Origin: Saprolegnia diclina VS20
Lineage: Eukaryota
Length of the DNA stretch: 64,000 bases
Assembly: GCF_000281045.1 (NCBI RefSeq)
Contig: NW_008246068.1
Coordinates: forward strand, 746,371 to 810,370
Reading direction: 5' to 3'
The position numbers and the translations under genes were made by a program. The notes under the pieces were generated by a model, which worked only from the letters and a program-made list of their open reading frames with translations, was not told the DNA's origin and did no database searches. Shown here one piece after another: positions 1 through 11,094 of the stretch (its first letter is position 1; every line of letters starts with the position of its first letter).

Positions 1-55
1 CGTCACACTATTATCTCACATTGCGAACCGTCGCGTATCTTTGCTTTTGCCAGCG

Positions 56-367
56 ATGGGCGAAGCGCCGAGCTGGCGACACATGTGGGGCGCGCGGGTC
101 AAGACGCCGTGCGACATGGAGGACGACGTGCTCGAAGACGTGATCAAGCACACGACGTCGCGCCTCGGGCAGTACGACACGGAGGAGTGGGAGAAGCACG
201 GGCTCGCGGTCTGCGAAGACATCCGCGACCACCTCGACAAGGCGTGGGACCCGTCCTGGGTCGTGTGCATTGGCCGCAACTTTGGCTCGTACGTCACGCA
301 CGTCACGCGCAACTTTGTCTACTTTTACTACAACGAAAAGGCCATCCTGATCTACAAGGCGGGCTAA
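56..367 (+). CDS. Dynein light chain type 1 (LC8-family)
   Basis: Single-exon ORF from ATG 56. Motif LDKAWDPSWVVCIGRNFGSYVTH..FVYFY...AILIYKAG is typical of LC8-type light chains. Confidence 0.9.
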   Translation: MGEAPSWRHMWGARVKTPCDMEDDVLEDVIKHTTSRLGQYDTEEWEKHGLAVCEDIRDHLDKAWDPSWVVCIGRNFGSYVTHVTRNFVYFYYNEKAILIYKAG

Positions 368-426
368 CTAGGTGACGCATGTACATATAAACAAAATCAC
401 ATAATCTCAGTCCTTTCTTGCTGGCA

Positions 427-1518
427 TTAGTGGGTGTCGTCGCCGCTTGGATGACTCGGCGTCGTCACGAGCTCGATCGTACTCCAGTCGCCGCGCCCGA
501 CAGCGTTCTGCGCCCGCACCGAGACATCAAAGCACGTTTCGAGTTGGAGGCCTTCGATCGTGATGGCCTGCGTGTCACGCAGCCGCGAGTGCGTCGTCGT
601 TTGGCTGCGCCACCCGCGCACCTACCCACGACAACACTGTCGTCTACAGCATGCATGACAATCTGTGCATCTACCATGGATTTCTCGCCGGGGACGTGGA
701 CGCGGTACCGGACTTCGTATTTCTCAATCATGCTGCCGTTGCTGAGCGGCGTCGCCCAGCGCAGGTTCAGAATGCACTTGTACAGCGTATAGGGCACGCG
801 CTTATCGACGAGCCGAAGGACGCCCTTTTCATTCTCTTCAGCGACTTGAATATGGCGAAAGACATGCTCGGTTGAGATGTGGCACGTGGCCTCGGTGCGC
901 TCCGGTGCGTTTGGGACTAGCATACACGGCATGACGGCCTCGTCCAGTAGGAAGACGCATGCTTTTCGCCGAGTTTTTGAGCAAGCGCGAGCACTGATCG
1001 ATCGCGTCGGCGTCGTCCGAGTGCTCGCCGCAGAGGTCCAGCGCGGTTTGGCCCAAATAGCAAGGCATGGTGCTATGCCCCACTGCAATGAGTCGTATTC
1101 GTCGCGGGTTCATGTACCGGTCGGCGCCGTGTTTAAGGAGCCAGCGTACAAGCGGCGGGTGGGCAAAGAGCGAGGCGATGAAGAGCGGGGTCGCGTCCTG
1201 CAGCTGCCACCTACGCGCAATGGCAAGTGACAGCACCCAAGTCTTGCACATAGTCTGAGCGTGTACGCACCAGTACAGAGTCTCCCACTCGAGCTTGGCG
1301 CGGCTCATGTGCGTCGTGAGCTTCTGCGCAATCGCATGCACGTGGCTCGTGAGATCGCGCGTCATGACTAGACAGACACATTGTCCATCAGGCTGACGAC
1401 AATATTCGTAGTTAGCACTCTCCAAGTCGCCGTGGATGAGCGCGCGCAATAGCGTGACTCGCCACGGTTCGTTCCCCTCGTCTTCCGGGTCCGTCGACGA
1501 CGTGCTCTTGTACGTCAT
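427..1518 (-). CDS. Multi-exon ankyrin-repeat + fibronectin type III protein (boundaries approximate)
   Basis: Ankyrin motifs (DATPLFIASLFAHPPLVRWLLKHGAD; GQTALDLC) in ORF 838-1668. FN3 motifs (LRWATPLSNGSMIEKYEVRY; IEGLQLETCFDVSVRAQNAVGRGDWS) in ORFs 465-1088 and 427-621, joined by short introns. Confidence 0.7.
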
Positions 1519-1742
1519 GTGGAATGGACCGTTACAAAGTGGTTCCAACGACCATGACGTGGCACGCCCACTGACCAGCATCCTGGCAACCAACTTCAAC
1601 TTGGCGCCAAATTGGCGTGTACGGCAGGAAATTCTACTGATAAAGAAGAACTTGAATCGACATGGCATTCACAACTCTATTATAGTGTGTAGTGTGATAA
1701 TTGTACGAGTGTATTTATTGACACAACCAGGCGACGCGTATC

Positions 1743-3381
1743 TTAGAGGGCAAACTGCCAGTCGAAGAAAAGGCTGACGTTCGCGTACGCCAAGCAGTTG
1801 TACGGGCGCATGCCGTGCTTGAGCACATGCGCGCCGTACTTGGGAAACTGCTCGACGCACTTGGAGGCATATGTTTTCGCGAGACCGTGGACAAGGATCG
1901 TCGTCAAGAGGTCTTGCCGTGGCGACCCGAGGCACGCGTAGCCGGGGCGCGACATGTACAAGGCCGCAATCTCATCGCGCGTCGCGTCGAGCAGCCGCTG
2001 CATCGCATCGTCCATGCGGTTGTCGAGAAGCATTGCGCCTTTGGTCAAGCGCGGCCAGTTCATGAAGTAGCACGAGTGGAGCGTTGGGGCCTTGGATCTG
2101 TTGCTGTGGCTGCACGCTTTCGCCATGGCGTGGAAGGACGCCTGCGACATGTAGTCGCCAACGTTGCCCCACGATATCGAGTGCGGCTCGTACGCCTTGA
2201 TGAGCTGCAGCTCGAGGGTATCCCGCGCACGCAAGGTCGTCGGCGGCCAAATCTCGACAACGACAAAGCCACTCACGAGATGATGCTGGAGGCGCGCGAT
2301 GCGCGACCGCAGGTAGTCGGCGCACGCGTCCATGAGCGTCCGGCCAGGCGCACGTGACGTGACGTGGAGACTCAGAAACGCATCGACATCGACCGCATGG
2401 AAGATTGACTCCATGCACGCTCGGGACGACGGATGCGACGACGGCACACCGCTCATCGTGACGCTGCCCACGTCCGCGCCAAGGAGCTGGCCCGTCAGCG
2501 CATACTCGAGCGCGCTCATACGGTCATTCGGCGAGGCAAAGGTGGCCGACGCACACAGCGACTGGTTGTCAAGCTTGCGCTTCCACTCGTTGCGCGCGGT
2601 TTCCACGCTCGGGACGCACGCTTGCCAGTGCGTCAAGAGGTCGCGCACCGACGACGTCAAATGGTCGCTATCAAGCAAGACGGGCGCGACGCCGGCTTGG
2701 AACGCAGTCAGAGTCGACTGCAGCCAGCACGACGAGTACCTTACTTGCAGAATCGCATCCACGGAGGCCTTTCCGAGGAGCATCGCGAGGATCACACGCG
2801 TCTTGGCGACGCAGTAGATGGACCCTTCGATCCCGACCCAGTGCGCAGGGTTGCTCGAATCCGCCGACGTCAATGCGACCGAGGTGAGGTAGGAGAGGTC
2901 GACAAAGCCGATCGCAATGTGGGTCTCGCCCGGCGGCAGCGCCGGCATGTCGTCGCCCACAAACGTGTTGGTGAACGTGTGGTGGATGCGCGGGTCGTAG
3001 ACGCAGTCGTCGCGGTCACGCTCGCGCGTGTCGCCGTCTTTTGCTGCATGGTACCACGAGTGGGCAGGGAAGCTTTGGACGCGCGCCATAATGTCTGCAG
3101 ACGATGGCGGCTGGGTCGACTCGGCGCCGTTGAAGACCGCGACGAGCGGTTCGTCCATGTACATGTTGCGCAGCACCTCGTAGCACATGCGCACGTGCAT
3201 GTACGCATGCGGCAAATCGAGGCCGCGCGAGGTCGTACAAATTCTGGACGCCAACCGGCGTGCACGTCGGCTTGTGCGTCTTCCAATGGCTTCGCTGGCA
3301 GTCGCGCCCGCAGTACCACACGCTCTGGCATCGACTGCAGCGCGCCGGCGCCGTCGGTCGGCCACACGCGGCGCAAGGCAT
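1743..3381 (-). CDS. MYND zinc-finger protein with large C-terminal uncharacterised domain; apparent frameshift near 3220-3230
   Basis: MPCAACG...[27 protein letters not shown] (MYND) in frame 3016-3381. The remainder ([19 protein letters not shown]...ISWGNVGDY...CYFMNW) lies in the 1743-3608 frame. Confidence 0.7.
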
Positions 3382-4577
3382 AGCAAGAAGCTGTCAACTT
3401 TTGCCGTCAGCTCAAGCGGTCCTGCGGGGGGGTGGACCTCATTTTTACATAACCATTGCCATTCAATTCGACAGGCCGTCAAGCCCCCATCAAAAAAGGT
3501 CTTTCGGGTACCACCCTGTAGGGACCCCCTAGAAATGTGATGGGCATGCTGGCGCGCCATGCGTTCGAACGACCTTGTCGGGCAGTGGGCGGAGGGTCCC
3601 GCCCGCAACTACGCTGAGTTAGCGTTTTTAGCGAAGCGAGCAAAGACGCGTCCGAAGTGTGCCTGGCTAGTGACGATAGCTTGGCAGGACGCCAGTGCGA
3701 CACTGAGCTCAGATTCGGACGCTGTACTTTGCTGCACCGACACTATAAAGCTCTGGGTGCTGACGCCAACGATGGCCCTATTATGGATGCTGCGTGAGCA
3801 ACTGGGTCGGCTCCCGTCTTTTGGTTTTGATCGAGGCCAAAGGAGCCGAGTAGCTTGAGGCACTGGTTACTTGCGCTCATCGCGTAGTACTGCGTTGGAC
3901 AACAAAGAGGGGCGCAGTACAAAGCACTTGGTACAGATGAGCTCGGCGCTACCGCGACGTCAGCGCTTCGTGCTCACTGCCATTCTCCTCCTCATATTAG
4001 CTCGTCTTATAGACGTGTGATGAGCAATGCACGCAAGTCGCAATGAAATATTTGGCGCCCGCCGCCCATCGTGGTGCCAGCTGCGACGGCGCCGTTCTTT
4101 GGCGCCCACCGACCGGCACAGGAAGCCCGAGACAGATACTTCTACATGTATACGATTACTGTTGGTACTGGTACAGCGCTGTCGGTAGCATCCAAGCGAC
4201 TTGGCGTCGCCAGCTTCAAGTTCCTTTAGCAACCAAAGGAGGCCCATGCAACGCAGGAGCCGTACGACTATCACGTGTCGTGGTGACGGAGTACAGTAGT
4301 TGGCGACAGATGTCGCAGGCTCGGCGCTCGCGCAGTCCAGTACTCTCTTGCAGCCATTCGTTTGGAGTCTTAGGTGGCTTCCTACGCCAGCGTGTGGTCG
4401 AATCGAGTGGCAGCGAGAGCGAGCGACTTGGCTTGCGACTTGGCTTGGTCAGCTGTCGATGTGCTGCGTGGCGCTGCTGCCACGTGCTTTCCGCCCACGT
4501 AACTCACGTTGAAGATCGCGCGTGATTCGTTCGTCTCGTGCAACAGCTTTCATTTCGAAAAAACCACCGGCCGCAGC

Positions 4578-6356
4578 ATGCGCTTGGTATACCTTCTCGC
4601 TGCGCTGGCGACATGCGCTGTTGCCGACGACCGCGATGAGCTCCTCGACCGCATGAACGTCTGGAAGCAGAGCGGCGCCGGCCTCGAGGCGCTGAGGCGC
4701 AACCTCTCGAGCCCGCTCGAGTCTACCAACATTGACGCTGAGCTCGCCGCGTTCAATGCGACGCTGCAGACGGTCGCGGAGCTCAACAAGCTGCACCCGC
4801 TTGCGCGCTTTTCAGAAAACAACCCGTTTGCACTCATGACCCAAGACGAGTTTGAAGCGTACGTCGCCGGCAACAAGCCGGCGCGCAACGAGACGTGGAC
4901 GCAGACCGAAGACGCGACGGTCTTGCCGGCGTCGACGGCCACGACGTCGGTCGACTGGTCGACCTCGGGCTGCGTCGCGCCCGTGCGCAACCAAGGCGTG
5001 TGTGGCTCGTGCTTTGCGTACGCCGCGGTCGCCGCGGCCGAAAGTGCCTACTGCCTAGTCAACAACCGCCAGCTCACGCTCTTCTCGGACCAGCAGGCGC
5101 TCAGCTGTGGGCCGGGCAATGGTTGCTACGGCGGCTGGTCCGACCTCTCGCTCGGGTGGATGGCGGCCAACGGCGTGTGCACGCTTGACGCCTACCCCAA
5201 CAGTAACGAGTGGACAATGACGACAGCCGCCTGCGCGAAGAACTGCGCGCCCATCAGGATGCCGTTCACGACGGTCGCCAGCACTGTCGGCGAGCTCGAG
5301 CTCGAGCAAGCGCTCAACATCCAGCCGGTCGCGGTCGACATTGGCTCATCGAGCCCGGTCTTCAAGAACTACGCCGGCGGCATCATCACGGGGGGCTGCG
5401 ACACGTGGTTCGATCACGTCCTCCTCGGTGTTGGCTACGGCAACGACGGCGGTGTCCCGTTCTTCAAGATGAAAAACTCGTGGGGAAAATGGTGGGGCGA
5501 GGACGGCTACGTCCGGCTTCAACGCGGCGTCGGCGGCATCGGTACGTGCGGTCTCGCCCGCCACGCCGCGTACCCGATCGTCTTCAAGCCGCAAGTCAAC
5601 CTCGTCACGGCCACCGGCAATGTCATTTCCGAGTACTACTCCAACTTGTATGCAGGCCCGAGCCGCGGACCGTCGCCCAACGTGGAGTGGAGCTACGACA
5701 TCAGCACGCACCAGATCAAGGTCAACTCGAACCACGAGTGCCTTGACGCCTACGTCGACGGCAGTGCGTACAAGGTGCACACGTACAAGTGCGACGCCTC
5801 GAACGGCAACCAGCGCTGGCGCATCGACAGCGCCAGTCACCGCATCCAGCACATGACACACGCTAACCTCTGCCTCGACGTCGACCCGAGCCAGAACAAC
5901 AAGGTGCAGGTGTGGGCCTGTGGCAACCCAGCGCCGAACCAGTGGCTGGCGGTCTCGGAAGAAATCGTGAAGCTCTACAGCTTCAACAACCGGTTTCTAT
6001 CGTCGAACGGCGAGATGATCCAGTTCCCGCCCGAAGGCAGCTACCCGTACGAGTGGGTCGTCAACAACGTGGACAACACGTGGCGCGCGCGCTCCAACAC
6101 GGGCGACCCGCAGCGCTGCCTCGACGCCTACCAGCCCTGGAACGGCGGCGTCGTGCACTTGTACGCGTGCGACGCGACCAACGCCAACCAAAAGTGGCGC
6201 TACGACGCGAGTACGCAGCAGCTCCGCCACGTGACGCACGTTGGCTTCTGCCTCGACATGCGGACGGCAGAAGGTAGCCAAGCGCACCTGTGGCGATGCA
6301 ATGCGCCGACCAACGACCTCCAGCGCTTCACCTATGTCTCGCAGTCGTTTCCGTAA
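4578..6356 (+). CDS. Secreted papain-family (C1A) cysteine protease with I29-like prodomain and two C-terminal ricin-B lectin domains
   Basis: Signal peptide MRLVYLLAALATCAVA. Catalytic QGVCGSCFAY (Q,C), DHVLLGVGYG (H), KNSWG (N). Repeated CLD...V....C...N.NQ.W ricin-B subdomains. Confidence 0.93.
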   Translation: MRLVYLLAALATCAVADDRDELLDRMNVWKQSGAGLEALRRNLSSPLESTNIDAELAAFNATLQTVAELNKLHPLARFSENNPFALMTQDEFEAYVAGNKPARNETWTQTEDATVLPASTATTSVDWSTSGCVAPVRNQGVCGSCFAYAAVAAAESAYCLVNNRQLTLFSDQQALSCGPGNGCYGGWSDLSLGWMAANGVCTLDAYPNSNEWTMTTAACAKNCAPIRMPFTTVASTVGELELEQALNIQPVAVDIGSSSPVFKNYAGGIITGGCDTWFDHVLLGVGYGNDGGVPFFKMKNSWGKWWGEDGYVRLQRGVGGIGTCGLARHAAYPIVFKPQVNLVTATGNVISEYYSNLYAGPSRGPSPNVEWSYDISTHQIKVNSNHECLDAYVDGSAYKVHTYKCDASNGNQRWRIDSASHRIQHMTHANLCLDVDPSQNNKVQVWACGNPAPNQWLAVSEEIVKLYSFNNRFLSSNGEMIQFPPEGSYPYEWVVNNVDNTWRARSNTGDPQRCLDAYQPWNGGVVHLYACDATNANQKWRYDASTQQLRHVTHVGFCLDMRTAEGSQAHLWRCNAPTNDLQRFTYVSQSFP

Positions 6357-7515
6357 ACTTTTGGGATAGTCTAATTTTAAAACTGATTTTTATGTGACAA
6401 TCCATCGACCGCTTTGATTGAGAAAGGGGTGGGGCCATGCTAAACAACGTGGCAAGACCCGATGAAAGCAATGGACCAGCTCCGGACGCTGACCACGTAC
6501 AAGTGTCCCGGCGACGACCTGTTGAATCGAGCTCGCTCGCCTCTTGCGCTCAAGACCACTAGTAGCAATCGCTGGAGTCGCCCGGCACACCTCAATGCAC
6601 GAGCTCTCCGACGGACGCGGCAAGAAGAACTGTCCGGCGAGTGCCAAACCTCGCGCGTTGATGCATAGGTCGTTGACACGCCGTTGGGACCAAAACCGAC
6701 CAACAGCAGCTGAACAGGGCTGGACAAGGAGCGTGGAGACGGTGGCGACGACCATCGATGTCCTTGGTTCAGCTCCACGGGCATGTCGCGATGCGTTGGG
6801 CGAAGGGGCCATTTTCCTAGAGTCTCTCCAGTTGTTCGAACACGTTGCTCGCAGTAGGCGCATGGACGTCGACACAGAACTGATCGGTGTGCAGCCAACG
6901 AATGGCATTCGCACGTTCAACTGCACCACCATCGACTGCTACGAATATATTGTCGCTCGTCTCGTTGCGCATTCTCGACCATCTTGGCCACCTTGTACTA
7001 GAGATGGACGAGTAAACTACTGCGTACGGACTCTAATTGTCAGTGGCAGGCTCTTGCCACCCATTGGTTGGGTGGGAGCGGTATTAAGACAATATACTCC
7101 ACAAACATACAGACACAAGTTGTTCGTCATCTTGGTAGACACGTCGAGACTGGCCATCGCCTTCTTCTTCATTCGCTCCGCAGAGCCTTGCTCTTCGCGC
7201 ATTGCTTGACAGCGCTTGCGGCCAGAGTCATTAGACCCATGACGGCAAGCTCTGTTCGGTCCTTGCAGGTAGTGCGACCTAAAATGCGGGGCCCTGAAAT
7301 GAGCTCAAGCATTGTTGTGCCTGTGTCTTCTGCAAGCGTAGCGCATGGTAGGCGAGGAACGCTCCAGTTCGGCGGGATGCTGTTGCTACGCTCATAGAGC
7401 GAGGTCGAGGTGCTCAAGAGCAGCTGCCGGCGATGCCAGGTGTCGAGGTGGGTTTGTTCAACACAAGGTGCGCCACAAGGGAGGACAAAAGTGGATTATG
7501 AATTAGACGAGTAGT

Positions 7516-8459
7516 TTATTGCTGGAGCTTGGACTTGATGTAGGCAAGGACGACCGACATCGGGCGCAGGTCGTACTCTTCCAAGACCGAGTGGGGCTTG
7601 GTGACCTGGTCGCCCTCGAGGCGGTTCAGCAGCGTGACGCAGACGACCGCCGCGGGGATGTTGAGCTTGTGCGTGAACGCCGCAAAGAGACGGCTCTCCA
7701 TCTCAATGTTGCGCGTGCCGGCGTCGTGGCACACCTGGAGGAACGCGAGCTTCTCCTCGTTCGTGTACTCGCAGATCGCGCCATCGAGGCGGCCCTGCTC
7801 CTCGTAAAAGTCGTCGGCGCAGAGCGTCTTGCCAATCGCGTACGGGATCGAGATGTCGTCGCAAACAGCCGCGATCTCAGCCGTCACGGCAGCGTCCAGG
7901 ACGGCCGGGCGTTCGTGGAGCTTGCCAAGGATCGGCACGACGTGCACGGGGCGGAGCTCGTGGTTGAGCGCCTCGGACGTGAGGACGACGGTACCGCCTT
8001 CGACGCCGACGCCGCCGCTCGTGCCCATGCGGATGTAGATGGCGTCGTGCGCGCCGGCGTACTCGAGGAGCTTGGTGACTTCGTGGAGGAGAATCGAGAT
8101 CGACGGCATGCCCATGCCATGCTATAGGAAACGAGGCATGAGACAAACGGTGATGCAAATGACAATAGGCGTACGTTGGCGATGAGGACGGGGCCGACCT
8201 TGTACGTCGTGTAGCGCGACGTCGAGCCAATGTGCGAGAGGTTGTAGCCGAACGGCGCCTTGATGCCAAGCGTCTCGGCGAGCTTGAGCGCAAACGTCTT
8301 CATGCGCTCGGCGCTGCCGCCGCAGATGAAGAACTTGATGTCACCAAAGATGGCGCGGAACTCGTCGCGCTCGGCCTCCGAGTACGAGAGACCGAGGTGG
8401 TAGAGCACGTCCGTCGACGGGTTCTCGAGGTTGGCGTTGATGACGTGGACGTGGGCCAT
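7516..8459 (-). CDS. UPP: Uridine phosphorylase (eukaryotic UPP type), copy 1; one intron 8122-8174
   Basis: DVLYHLGL, CGGSAERM, HGMGMPSISILLHEVTKLL, RMGTSGG, DFYEEQGRLDGA, RNIEMES, VCVTLLNRLEGDQ motifs. A GT..AG intron restores IAN|HGMG. Confidence 0.93.
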
Positions 8460-9304
8460 GCTGATGGGAAGGCGAAGTGTGCAGACGAATGCAAATTCAA
8501 AAGTGCGCTCCAAAGTGAGGGCCCTGCGTCTGCAACCTGATTGGCCAACGCAATAGCGTTGCGGGACTCCGTCGCGACTTCAGTCGGCTGTTTCTCAAGA
8601 TGGCGCCACAGCCCAATTGACGGGTTGATCCGGACCGCCACGAGTAGCTGAGCGTTGAAACGGCAGTTTGCACTTTCTACATGACGTGGCATGCTCTCGG
8701 ACGATGGCCGTTTCAAACCCACCACTCCAATCGGCTTCGCACCGGTGGTCGACGTATTTGACGCCGCAGTAGACAACGCTGGTAGATCGTCAGCGCGCTT
8801 GCCTCTTGTACACCCTGCGGCGTCAAGAGCACCACGCATATCGGTCACCGACGGGCGCCGTGTTGTACTGGATCAAAGTATGGTCATATGCATGCAAGGA
8901 CTGCATTTGTATCACTGAGATGCGTGCGACATCCGCCTGTGGCGGCCCGAAAGCAGCCAAGTGGCGAGTCTCTAAGGGTAGAGCGTCCAACTCTTTCGAG
9001 CAGTGTGCCTCAAGATGTGCGGCCCAACTTGGGCGGCGACTTGCTGCCGTGGCTTCTTCAACCTGGGACACGGCCAACTTCAAGCAGGCGCCTCGTCATG
9101 CGCTGCACGACGGATCTCTACAGCGACCTCTAACGCCGACGATGCCATCGACGACCCAGTATTCGCTTGGTCATGGTGCGCCGCATACTATAGTACCGGT
9201 GGCGATAAATGCCTCATCTTCGCAACTCGTTTTGGGAGGATTCAGACGTAGTACGACCACAGTACATGTATCTTTTTCCCAAACTTCAATGTGTTGGCAT
9301 AGCT

Positions 9305-9360
9305 TCAGATTCAGTGTCGGGTTTATGGGCTGTGCGGGATAAAACCGACGCTGAATCTGA
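9305..9360. repeat. Inverted repeat / hairpin, 22-nt arms, 12-nt loop
   Basis: tcagattcagtgtcgggtttat (9305-9326) versus reverse complement of ataaaaccgacgctgaatctga (9339-9360): 20/22 identical. Confidence 0.8.
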
Positions 9361-9723
9361 CTGAGACATACGTGGCAGCCGGAGTCGCCGGCATCGTGCT
9401 TGGGCCATGGCGCGCGCGTTCGACGAGTTGGGTGTCTTGCGTGCTTACACGCAAGGATGGGCAAGGATGTGGCGCACCCAAGCACGAGGCGCTTGGCGTC
9501 GTTACGCTGGCGGGACCCATCGACGTCTCTTCTTGTCGCTCCTAGGCGGAGCCACCTGCAGCGTTGGCGCCCTTGCTTTCATCAACCTAGTGTCGTTACC
9601 GTCCACAGCGGCGATCTCGTTGCTCGATTCGCAAGTCCGAAACCATCTCTCTCGTCGCCAAGTGACCCATTTGCACAGAAGTACATGCATTTATTACTCT
9701 CACTCCTTCTACGACCACTCACT

Positions 9724-10761
9724 CTACGCGTCCTCCGCGACCGGTGCTTCGTCTTCTTCTTGCGCCGTCGTCTTGGCCTTGATGTAGGCAAGGAGCACCG
9801 CCATCGGGCGCAGGTCGTAGCTCTCAAGCACCTCGTGGGGCTGCGTGATCTGGTCGCCTTCAAGGCGGTTCAGCAGCGTGACGCAGACGACCGCCGCCGG
9901 AATACTGAGCTTGTGGCAGAACGCGGCGAACATGCGCGCTTCCATCTCAATGTTGCGCGTGCCGGCGTCGTACGCCTTTTGGAGAAAGGCCATCTTGTCC
10001 TCGTTCGTGTACTCGCAGATCGCGCCGTCGAGGCGGCCCTGCTCCTCATAAAAGTCGTCGCACGACAGCGTCTTGCCGATCGTGTGGGGCAGCTCGAGCG
10101 CCTCGCACGTCGCTGCAATCTCAAGCGCGATCGCCGCGTCCAGCACCGCGACGCGTTCGTGGACCTTGCCGAGAATCGGGATGCGGTGGATGGCTTCGAG
10201 CTCGTGGTTGAGGCCGGCCGACGAAATCACGACCGTGCCGCCAGCGACACCGACGCCGCCGCTCGTGCCCATGCGGATGTAGATCGCGTCTTGGGCACCC
10301 GCATGCTCGAGGAGCTTGGTGACTTCATGCAGCAGGATCGACGTCGAGGGCATGCCCATGCCGTGCTACGGCAGCAATGATACATTGATACATTGAAAGA
10401 ACAAAGGACGTACGTTGGCGATGAGGACGGGGCCGACCTTGTAGATGACGTAGCGCGACGTCGACCCAATGGGCGCGAGGCTGTAGCCAAATGGCGCCTT
10501 GATGTCGAGTGTCTCGGCGAGCTTGTGCGCAAACGTCTTCATGCGCTCTGCGCTGCCGCCGCAGACGAAAAACTAGCACCGTATCAAGTTGATACACATG
10601 CAGTCAAACAGGAAGACATGTACCTTGACGTCGCCAAAGATGGACGCGATCTCGCAGCAGTTGTCCTGCGAGTACGAGAGACCGAGGTGGTACAGCACGT
10701 CTTGCGCGTCTGGCGTGATGTTGTCGTTGCAAATGTGGTGGTGCGCACTCGGGAGCTGCAT
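9724..10761 (-). CDS. UPP: Uridine phosphorylase, copy 2; introns 10573-10623 and 10366-10413
   Basis: Same UPP motifs as copy 1. Splicing gives GDVK|FFVCGGSAERM and IAN|HGMGMPST. Confidence 0.93.
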
Positions 10762-10792
10762 CGTAAACGTGTGCTTTCGGTTTTGAAAAATG

Positions 10793-10830
10793 AAAAGTGA
10801 AAAATGACTTTTGGGTTCAAAGTCCCAATC
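10793..10830 (-). promoter_or_regulatory. Oomycete INR/FPR-like core promoter plus CCAAT box upstream of UPP copy 2
   Basis: Minus-strand TCATTTTTCACTTTT (10807-10793) resembles the oomycete TCATTYYNCAWTTY initiator. CCAAT at 10825-10829. Confidence 0.45.
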
Positions 10831-11094
10831 GGTCCCAACTTCAACTTGGCACCCCGTCTTTGCAACCTGGCGTCGCTTCTGTGGCGCCTCCGCTTTCGTA
10901 GGTGGCTGCTGCAACACGGCAACTTTGCCGGCGTATCGCAGCCCGTCGAGTCGGGTAATCAATGACAGCCTACTGCTATGCTGTGGCTTCGGTGTATGCG
11001 TGGCGTTGGTGCCACGAGGGGTAGGGTTGCCGATGGTGTGCATGGTTCTGTTCTCGACTGCACCATTTCGAGTCGCGCGTTTATAAAAAAAGAG

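Noticed and set aside
3600..4500. Fragments such as DTIKLWV and VWSLRW hinting at a WD40 remnant
   Set aside because: Too short and interrupted to support a gene or pseudogene call.
6390..7480. Overlapping ORFs between the protease and UPP copy 1
   Set aside because: Atypical codon usage, no motif and no consistent splice model; may be decayed sequence.
8540..9700. Possible gene between the two UPP copies
   Set aside because: No coherent frame or recognisable domain could be assembled.
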